This document shows positions 1 to 6,657 of a stretch of 26,902 nucleotides of DNA, one piece after another. The stretch's first letter is position 1; each line of letters begins with the position of its first letter. The notes below the pieces were generated by a model. The model saw only the letters and a list, made by a program, of their open reading frames with translations, did not search any database and was not told the DNA's origin. The translations under genes were made by a program, and so were the position numbers. Source of the stretch: a virus (Duplodnaviria; Caudoviricetes); IMG/VR virus record IMGVR_UViG_3300009103_000130, positions 1 through 26,902 of that record; one strand, 5' to 3'.

Positions 1-408
1 CGAACCTGAAGTTCCAGATGAACCCGACGAACCTGAAGTTCCAGATGAACCTGAAGTTCCAGATGAACCTGAAGTACCAGCAGCACAAGAAACACCAGAC
101 GAACCCGAAGAACCAGCAACTCCAGAACTACCTGACGCGCCCGAAGAGCCAGAAGAACCCGAACTGCCAGCTAAACCTGATGAACCTGAAGTACCAGATG
201 AACCCGAAGTACCAGACGAGCCCGAGGTGCTACCACCACCCCCACCGCCAGCACTTATTTGCTGCCAAGTCTCGCTCTGTTTTATGTATACATTATAAGG
301 GGAATCGGTTGAGTAATAGTTAGCGCCATCGGAAACAGTGTGTAAAACACTATCCTTTTCAGCATCTAAGCCTACTAGCTTATCTCCGACATACCTTTTG
401 ACCGCCAT
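1..408 (-). CDS. Gly-Ser/Thr-rich collagen-like (G-X-Y)n virion fibre protein, N-terminal part, running off the left edge
   Basis: Not in the ORF track. ATG at 408 opens MAVKRYVGDKLVGLDAEKDSVLHTVSDGANYYSTDSPYNVYIKQSETWQQISAGGGGGSTSGSSGTSGSSGTSGSSGLAGSSGSSGSSGASGSSG..., with no stop to position 1. A GTGTAA motif lies 12 nt upstream. Confidence 0.85.
   Translation of the reverse strand, partial: MAVKRYVGDKLVGLDAEKDSVLHTVSDGANYYSTDSPYNVYIKQSETWQQISAGGGGGGSTSGSSGTSGSSGTSGSSGLAGSSGSSGSSGASGSSGVAGSSGSSGVSCAAGTSGSSGTSGSSGTSGSSGSSGTSGS
2..232 (-). repeat. Degenerate 9/18-nt coding tandem repeat (GAACCTGAAGTTCCAGAT on +) encoding GSS/GTS triplets
   Basis: Unit seen at 2-19, 29-46 and 47-64, with degenerate copies to about 230. 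Variation is mostly at synonymous positions of the minus-strand frame. Confidence 0.9.
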
Positions 409-420
409 ATACTATGTAAA

Positions 421-426
421 TTACAC
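421..426 (-). promoter_or_regulatory. Putative phage late promoter core GTGTAA
   Basis: GTGTAA-TTTACATAGTAT-ATG(408). The same motif precedes many other genes in the window. Confidence 0.6.
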
Positions 427-427
427 A

Positions 428-820
428 TTATTGGACGTAATCTTCGTAAGATTTTTCTTCTAATAGATTGGACCCAGTGTAAATGTTAATTTCCTTCTTT
501 ATTTCAGCTCTTTTGTCATTAGTATAGTAGACGTCTCGCGCTAACTTAATAAAAATAGAGTCAAATTCTTGATTTTTTTCTTTTAGCCTTATCTTGTCTT
601 CTATATCCCATAGCTCTTTATTTATACCTTTTAGTTGGTCGTAAAACCCATGTCTTCTAAACACATGTTCATGCCAATCTGGCTGACCAATAGTCTCCAA
701 TAATGAAACGTGTTCTTTTCCGATATTAGCTAGTTTAGACTCATCTTGTATATTTTCTAATTTGATTTCCAAGATAGATAGCTTATCCAAAACCTCTCCG
801 TCTGATACTTCTACTTTCAT
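428..820 (-). CDS. DUF6165-like small helical protein, last gene of the glycosyltransferase operon
   Basis: Motifs GEVLDKLSILEIK, INKELWDIEDKIR, LARDVYYTNDKRAEIKKEIN and EEKSY match my recollection of this family. ATGA overlap with the upstream gene. Confidence 0.7.
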   Translation of the reverse strand: MKVEVSDGEVLDKLSILEIKLENIQDESKLANIGKEHVSLLETIGQPDWHEHVFRRHGFYDQLKGINKELWDIEDKIRLKEKNQEFDSIFIKLARDVYYTNDKRAEIKKEINIYTGSNLLEEKSYEDYVQ

Positions 821-1701
821 AATAATGTATTTATTTTTTCTATTACCATCTCTGGCGTTATTTGCCTAGTGCACTCAAAATTCTTATCCTCGGGGCACCA
901 GTACCAATCATCTCCAACTATGTCATAATTTCTCCAGCAATCATGGCAAACATTTTTGTTCTGTACCACATATGGGTTACTAAAATGGTAATCTGCAGCA
1001 ACAGAACCTAAGACCATTACGACAGGCTTATCCAGAGCCCAAGCCAACCAAGATAGGCCTGAAGTTAACCCCATAAAGAAAACAGATTTCTGTATATAGT
1101 TAGCTGCTTTCTGAATAGACAGCCCTGTCTTATCTTTAGATGCTGAAGGTATAGGGTTGAAAGCTGGCATATCTCCAAGAGGGTAGCCAGCCCCAAACTG
1201 AGAATGACCATCAATACTAATACTATCTATGCCTTTTTTCTTTAGGTAAGATATAACAGCATTCCAGCCCCCTTTATAGTTCCAGTGCTTCTGCTGCATC
1301 GTAGACAATGATGCCATGGATACGATACGGCGCTTTAACTTTATATTTTTGGGCTTGATATTTAAAACCGGCTTAACCTCTTTAAAATCCTCTAAGCCTA
1401 AAATCTCAGAAGCCATCTGCATCAAACCACTTGATTTAATATCTTTAACTTCGTTTCTTAAATTAGAAGGTCTCTGCCAACCGTAATAATCTATGACAAA
1501 AGACTCGTCGTAAGCCTCTTCAACTAAGGGGCTATTTTTGGGGTTCACTTTAACATTGTCGGCACCAAATATATCGCCAAACTTACAGAAGGCGTAAACT
1601 TCATTACCTGTAATTTTTTGATATCTCTCGACTTGACCCATCCAACCAATAGTATCCCCCAAAGCATTTCCGCCAAAATAAACTTTTACTTTTTTACTCA
1701 T
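817..1701 (-). CDS. AAH/TibC-like (autotransporter heptosyltransferase family, GT9-related) protein O-glycosyltransferase
   Basis: ALGDTIGW (catalytic-Asp loop), STMQQKHWNYKGGW, GLTSGLSWLAWALDKPVVMV, and a C-terminal Cys4 iron-finger-like motif CHDC-x13-C-x7-C (WCPEDKNFECTRQIT). Confidence 0.8.
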   Translation of the reverse strand: MSKKVKVYFGGNALGDTIGWMGQVERYQKITGNEVYAFCKFGDIFGADNVKVNPKNSPLVEEAYDESFVIDYYGWQRPSNLRNEVKDIKSSGLMQMASEILGLEDFKEVKPVLNIKPKNIKLKRRIVSMASLSTMQQKHWNYKGGWNAVISYLKKKGIDSISIDGHSQFGAGYPLGDMPAFNPIPSASKDKTGLSIQKAANYIQKSVFFMGLTSGLSWLAWALDKPVVMVLGSVAADYHFSNPYVVQNKNVCHDCWRNYDIVGDDWYWCPEDKNFECTRQITPEMVIEKINTLL

Positions 1702-4700
1702 ATTAATTTATCTATCTGCTCTTTAACCATTTCAAAAGTTATAGATTTTGAACATTCGAATTCCCTTTCTGTGCCTTCGTGCTCCGGGCACCAGTTCCAA
1801 TTATTAGCATCAAATTCATGATTATTCCAACAAGAATTACAAACGTCTTTATTGATTACTCTGTATGGCGTATAAAATTCTGTTTTCTCATTGCTAAATC
1901 CACTTATCAAAACCACATCCTTGTTCAGAGCCCAAGCCAGCCAAGACAGGCCAGAGCCTAAACCTATGAAAAACTCGCAATGATATAAATCTGTTATTCT
2001 CTCCTGCAAGTCGAAGTCTCCAGTTTTATTTATACCCCCGGAGGGTATACGGTTGTCTCTATCTCTTCCCCCAAAAGACTCGTGCCTATCTATGCACACT
2101 ACCTGATACCCTTTTGAGTTTAAGTACTCTACAACCTTATCCCACCCATCAGGATTATTCCAGTACTTGCATTGAGCCGTAGACTGAACAGATATGCAGA
2201 CATATTTGCCCGAAATCACCCTTTCTTTATTGTTTATATCGACCCTAGGCTTTAACTCTTTATGCTCCAAGCCTAAATAGTAGGACGCGGCCCTCTGCTC
2301 TTCGTTTCTCTTAACCCAATCCGGAGTATGGCTAAACCAACCTATCTTAATATGATCATGAAAGCTTTTACCCTCAACTTCTTTTAAGTCATTGACAAAC
2401 TCTATCTCAGGGTAACTATTTCTGTACAAATCATTTTTAAAAGTAAACAAGCATACATCATAATCTTTTTGCTTCCTGTATTCTTCTGCATACGGAACCC
2501 AAGCTAAACTATCTCCTAGAGAGGAACTGCAAAGCTCGATTAAGACTTTCTTTTTTAAATTTTTAAACTTCATATTAAAAACTAAATTTCTACAAAAAGT
2601 ATTCCATTTGAAGGCGAGGCCATGAAAAATATTCGATACTCTCGAGACAGCTTTATCTATTACCCCTCTATCTTCTTTACTTAAAAGAGAATAAATATTC
2701 AAATTAAAATCATTTTTTATACTTTTTAGTTTTGTAAATATGTCTTTTAGTTCGTTATCATTAAAGCTATTAACATCAAAAAAGAAATAATCAACTGCTT
2801 CAGAATACTCGTTAATACAAAAATCATGATCAAAATATAGATCCTGTATTTTATTCTTTTCTAAATCAGATACTTCTCTGTTAGTAATTAAACAAAGTCT
2901 CTTTCTATTTTTTTCAAAATGTATGTCAGATATAGCCAACGCACAAAGCTCATCAAAGAATCTATAGTAAGTATGGAGTATCACGTTATGCTTGAAGTTT
3001 TTTGTAGAGTTTATAGAGTCATATAAATTTAACTTACCCACCTTGCCCTGTTCATCAGTAACATTCGAAGGCGTTGCATGAGACTCATCATGGTTGAGAA
3101 CCTTATACATAGGTCTAGGAAAGAGCACATAATTTCCATATTTTTGCAGCTGCGCCATCCTTATCGAATCTTCAGATACTGTTTCAACAGGGCTCTGGAC
3201 TTCTATCTCGACTTGCTTGTCGTTCTTATGCCCCCTTAGAGCCCCGAAGAACCTAAAAGTCCTTAAGTATGACCAATCAAATTCTCCAGAATTTATTAAA
3301 TCTTTCTCATGTTTATCTAGATAATCACACCAGTTATCTTTAGGGAAAGAGTAATCAAGGTTAGTGATGTTGTTTATATCATCTACGTCATCTTTGTACT
3401 GATGAAACCATGTTGAAAAAGAAAAAGCCTCAGGGTTCTTTTTTAACATATGATTTAAAAATTCTAAAGCTTTGGGATATATCCCGTCATCCGCATCTAC
3501 TAAAGCTAAGTAATCACAATCTTTAGTAACAAAATGCTGAGGGTTCCAGAACATCTCTTTTTTAGTTTCTTGCTCGCAATATATCACTCTATTATCCCTT
3601 GAAGCCAAGTCAACTAAAGCATCTTTGACCGCTCTGTCCTTGCTGAAGTCATCTGTAACAAACCATTTCCAGTCCTCGTAAGTCTGGCTACATATTTGCT
3701 TATATAAACCCGGTATATATCCAGCATTATTATAGAAACTTGTATATAAGGCTATTTTAAAATCTTCTTTTTTCCTAGGGTTTTTTATAATTTTTTCTAT
3801 ATACTCTTTTGCATTTATATCATCTATGAAAACTACATTGTCATTATTTTCGTATTTTTTATATAAATCACAAGACTTTATCCTGTTCATTAGTACAGGC
3901 ATTCCCCAAGATAATGCCTCTTTAACACTTAGCGGGTTTAACTCCCTTATTGACGGAAAGAAAAATAAATCCATGCATGAGTAGAATCTATCCACATCCT
4001 TTCTTTCTCCCCATACTTTGCAGTTAGGTAAATCTGTATTTTCGATACCACAATTACATAGATAGCAGTGATTTCCTATAAAATGAAACTGAATGTTTTC
4101 ATCTAACATTTCTTCTGCTATTTTATAGATAAACTTTTGGTTTTTATTTTCATGAAAGAGACCAACGTTTAGTATATGAGTTTTTGTTGGGTCTAGCCCA
4201 AGGCTCATTAAGGATCTATCCCTGTCAGGTCTCTCCTTGTTGGGTATTTCATAATCCCAAGTATAACACTTAGCCTCAGGAAAAATCTCTTTTATTTTTC
4301 TTGGATGATAATCCGAAACACACACGTACGCATCAGGGTGATGAACCTTATTGGTAAAATCAAAGCCATTGGAATGGCAAGTTTCAAATATTTTATAATT
4401 CCTGTTTTCACTATATATTTCTTCAAGCAACTCTTCAGGAAATCCATTATATTCAAAATTTTCAGGTATTTCATTAAAATGTATTATATGAGGATTAAAT
4501 TTTTTTATAACTTCTAGTAGCTTACCCCTTTCTTCTATCCAATTATCTGAAAAGCATGGACCAATACATTCATAGTTCTTTTTACCAATTAAATCTATTA
4601 TCTTATCTTTTTGTATATCATAGTTGCCGTAGTTATTAAACTCAGCCACAAAAACCTCGTTTTGCAACATGCAGACTTTTATAAGCTCATACAACCACTG

Positions 4701-4754
4701 AGGAGACCCACCGGTAGAAAGATGCATAGGTACAAATAATATCTTTCTCTTCAT
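1698..4754 (-). CDS. Multidomain glycosyltransferase: GT4-like + GT2-like + C-terminal AAH/TibC-like O-heptosyltransferase domain
   Basis: GT4: LSTGGSPQW, NVGLFHENKNQ, DLFFFPSIRELNPLSVKEALSWGMPV. GT2: YTSFYNNAGYI, QTYEDWKWFVTDDFSKD, DADD. AAH/TibC: SSLGDSLAWVPY, QSTAQCKYWNNPDGW, GLGSGLSWLAWAL, TPYRVIN, CNSC-x13-C-x11-C. Start reassigned to ATG 4754 (ATGA overlap with the upstream stop). Confidence 0.85.
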   Translation of the reverse strand: MKRKILFVPMHLSTGGSPQWLYELIKVCMLQNEVFVAEFNNYGNYDIQKDKIIDLIGKKNYECIGPCFSDNWIEERGKLLEVIKKFNPHIIHFNEIPENFEYNGFPEELLEEIYSENRNYKIFETCHSNGFDFTNKVHHPDAYVCVSDYHPRKIKEIFPEAKCYTWDYEIPNKERPDRDRSLMSLGLDPTKTHILNVGLFHENKNQKFIYKIAEEMLDENIQFHFIGNHCYLCNCGIENTDLPNCKVWGERKDVDRFYSCMDLFFFPSIRELNPLSVKEALSWGMPVLMNRIKSCDLYKKYENNDNVVFIDDINAKEYIEKIIKNPRKKEDFKIALYTSFYNNAGYIPGLYKQICSQTYEDWKWFVTDDFSKDRAVKDALVDLASRDNRVIYCEQETKKEMFWNPQHFVTKDCDYLALVDADDGIYPKALEFLNHMLKKNPEAFSFSTWFHQYKDDVDDINNITNLDYSFPKDNWCDYLDKHEKDLINSGEFDWSYLRTFRFFGALRGHKNDKQVEIEVQSPVETVSEDSIRMAQLQKYGNYVLFPRPMYKVLNHDESHATPSNVTDEQGKVGKLNLYDSINSTKNFKHNVILHTYYRFFDELCALAISDIHFEKNRKRLCLITNREVSDLEKNKIQDLYFDHDFCINEYSEAVDYFFFDVNSFNDNELKDIFTKLKSIKNDFNLNIYSLLSKEDRGVIDKAVSRVSNIFHGLAFKWNTFCRNLVFNMKFKNLKKKVLIELCSSSLGDSLAWVPYAEEYRKQKDYDVCLFTFKNDLYRNSYPEIEFVNDLKEVEGKSFHDHIKIGWFSHTPDWVKRNEEQRAASYYLGLEHKELKPRVDINNKERVISGKYVCISVQSTAQCKYWNNPDGWDKVVEYLNSKGYQVVCIDRHESFGGRDRDNRIPSGGINKTGDFDLQERITDLYHCEFFIGLGSGLSWLAWALNKDVVLISGFSNEKTEFYTPYRVINKDVCNSCWNNHEFDANNWNWCPEHEGTEREFECSKSITFEMVKEQIDKLI

Positions 4755-5785
4755 TCTGTAACTTTTAAGGTAGAGGAAAGAACGTCTTCCCATCTAGGGT
4801 GACAGTCGAAACTCGGCCTTCCCTCTAGACAAAAAGGTAAAGGGGGAACACTATTGATAGTGCTGTGTTCTATAACAGAATACTTTGGGTCTGATGCACA
4901 AAAAGCTTCGCACGTACCACCGACAAAAGTCATCTTGTAAGATTGGCTTCCCTTCCTGTAAGGAGCTCTCCAAAAAGGGTGGACAGAGGCTCCTACAAAT
5001 ATAATGTGGGTATCAGTACAGCCTGCTAGATGCAACTGCCCTGTATCCATAGTCACGCAAACCTCTGAGTTTTGAGTTATATAATAATCTTGATCCAAGG
5101 AGGTCCTGTTTAAAAAACTTACTCCATCAAATTCTAAATCATCAAAATTATAACAAGATTTATCGTGGCTGTATTTACCCGGCTCAGGTTTCTGGTCAAA
5201 CCCAACTAGCACAACTTTTAAGTCATTTCTATTTAGTTCTCTTATTAAGTTAACGTAGTTCTCTTTCGGCCAAGTTCTGCTAGGCCAATTTTGTCCTATA
5301 TGAATAACTACATATTTGTTATTAGCTAGAAAGTCTTGGTCTCCTCTATCAAACTCTACTGGCCCGGGATAATAATCACAATGGAGTTCTTCTGGCTTCA
5401 AATCAAACCCTATCTCCGTACAATGTATCTTTCTTATATCATAAGCTGCGTATTTTTTTTCTATACCAGCTCTATCTGCCTTCCCTATTGAATTAAAAGT
5501 ATCAAACACTTCATACTTATCATAATCTTCTTGTTTGAAATCATCTACATGCGCAGAGAAGAGAACATGTGGGTTATGCTCAAAAAGAAAAGGCTTATGT
5601 GTGTATACTATTATTTTTTTGGCGTAGCATTCCGTCAGTTTTCTTATTGTTGGTGTGGCTGACAAAGTGTCCCCGAAAGAAAAAGAATTTATCTTTATGG
5701 CGACGTCTTTGGATGTTTTTTGGCCTCTTTGTTTGTTTGTATCAAATAAAGGTATGGCCTCCTCAAAAAAGGGAGCTTCATTCAT
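4751..5785 (-). CDS. GT9 (heptosyltransferase-like) glycosyltransferase with C-terminal Cys4 motif
   Basis: SFGDTLSATPTIRKL, YVVIHIGQNWPSRTWPKENY, MDTGQLHLAGCTDTHI, and C-x3-C-x22-C-x8-C near the C-terminus. ATG at 5785 preferred over TTG at 5788. Confidence 0.8.
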   Translation of the reverse strand: MNEAPFFEEAIPLFDTNKQRGQKTSKDVAIKINSFSFGDTLSATPTIRKLTECYAKKIIVYTHKPFLFEHNPHVLFSAHVDDFKQEDYDKYEVFDTFNSIGKADRAGIEKKYAAYDIRKIHCTEIGFDLKPEELHCDYYPGPVEFDRGDQDFLANNKYVVIHIGQNWPSRTWPKENYVNLIRELNRNDLKVVLVGFDQKPEPGKYSHDKSCYNFDDLEFDGVSFLNRTSLDQDYYITQNSEVCVTMDTGQLHLAGCTDTHIIFVGASVHPFWRAPYRKGSQSYKMTFVGGTCEAFCASDPKYSVIEHSTINSVPPLPFCLEGRPSFDCHPRWEDVLSSTLKVTE

Positions 5786-5791
5786 CAAATA

Positions 5792-5820
5792 GTTTTAAGT
5801 AGCAAAAGGCCTAATTTCAA
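5792..5820 (-). promoter_or_regulatory. Possible sigma70-type promoter for the glycosyltransferase operon (leaderless)
   Basis: TTGAAA (5820-5815), 17-nt spacer, TAAAAC (5797-5792), 6 nt, then ATG 5785. No Shine-Dalgarno. The -10 element lacks the conserved final T. Confidence 0.35.
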
Positions 5821-5822
5821 AA

Positions 5823-6656
5823 CTAATATCCCTGTCCGTATCTATGCTTTACCGCCTTGCAGTTGGCTAAAACTTCACCGCTAGAAAGGGCTCGATTGTA
5901 AGCCGACACCACACCCACATTAATATTTAGGCCAGAACTGTTATTGCCACCCACATAAAACTGCTGGTAAGTCCCGTTTACAGTACCAGTATGAAATCCG
6001 GAAGAGTTAGTCGCTGGAAAAGAACCGGTTCCTTTGACTTGACCATCCATATACCCTATCATTTCACTAGTAGAACTATTGTAGGTCATAGCCACATGCC
6101 TGAAGTCAGATCCAGATATAGAGGGATCGTTTACATCAGATAGTGTAACGCTTATACCTGTCCATGGGTTATTATTACTACCGTCGACTTTGTTTGTAGA
6201 AACAACAGCTTTTATACCGCTTATCTCTCCACCGTTACCTGTTTGCGTCACAAATCCGTAAGAATAACCACTCTTATTATGGTCTGTATTTCCGAATATT
6301 ACTGCCCCATCATCAGGAGGAGAATCAGAACCAGAATCTTTTATCTCGAAAAATGCCTCTACAGTAAAACTAGAGTCTTCATCTTTTAAGACTCCCAAAG
6401 ATCTTAAACCGCTAAAATTTGACCCTGATATAGCTCCGTAGGTATTGTCTCCGTTATTTGGATTTCTAAACTTATAGTATCCACTAGTTTCGTCATAAAG
6501 ACCAGTATTCTGTAGCTTCACATCTAGACCGCTAGGGGTCAAATCTCTCCAGTATTCTGTGTTGTGGTCATGACTCCTGCTAGAGTAGCCATCAACTCTA
6601 AATATTAAACCGTCTGTATTTATTCTATATCTTCCGTAATTTACTTTGCTTGACAT
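5823..6656 (-). CDS. LamG/concanavalin-A-like domain virion protein
   Basis: TDGLIFRVDG...YWRDLT, SFTVEAFF, FRHVAMTYN, IGYMDGQ and AYNRALSSGEV are typical phage LamG motifs. Start reassigned to ATG 6656, which has an AGGAGG SD upstream. Confidence 0.75.
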   Translation of the reverse strand: MSSKVNYGRYRINTDGLIFRVDGYSSRSHDHNTEYWRDLTPSGLDVKLQNTGLYDETSGYYKFRNPNNGDNTYGAISGSNFSGLRSLGVLKDEDSSFTVEAFFEIKDSGSDSPPDDGAVIFGNTDHNKSGYSYGFVTQTGNGGEISGIKAVVSTNKVDGSNNNPWTGISVTLSDVNDPSISGSDFRHVAMTYNSSTSEMIGYMDGQVKGTGSFPATNSSGFHTGTVNGTYQQFYVGGNNSSGLNINVGVVSAYNRALSSGEVLANCKAVKHRYGQGY

Positions 6657-6657
6657 C

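Noticed and set aside
2-232. Short direct repeats as a possible CRISPR array
   Set aside because: Units are contiguous multiples of 9 nt with no unique spacers, and no cas genes are present. This is a coding repeat.
18-323. Plus-strand 101-aa ORF (MNPTNLKFQMNLKFQ...)
   Set aside because: It is the antisense shadow of the GSS repeat gene. Repeat variation is synonymous in the minus frame, which also has a start and a promoter motif.
817-5785. Host-derived LPS biosynthesis island
   Set aside because: No transport, polymerase or sugar-synthesis genes and no mobility signatures. Two domains carry AAH/TibC-type motifs and the operon is embedded among virion genes. LPS or DNA modification is not fully excluded.
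1618-5802. Small ORFs 1618..1821, 1779..1961, 4292..4474, 4305..4517 and 5569..5802
   Set aside because: They overlap well-supported glycosyltransferase genes in antisense or alternate frames and have no motifs.
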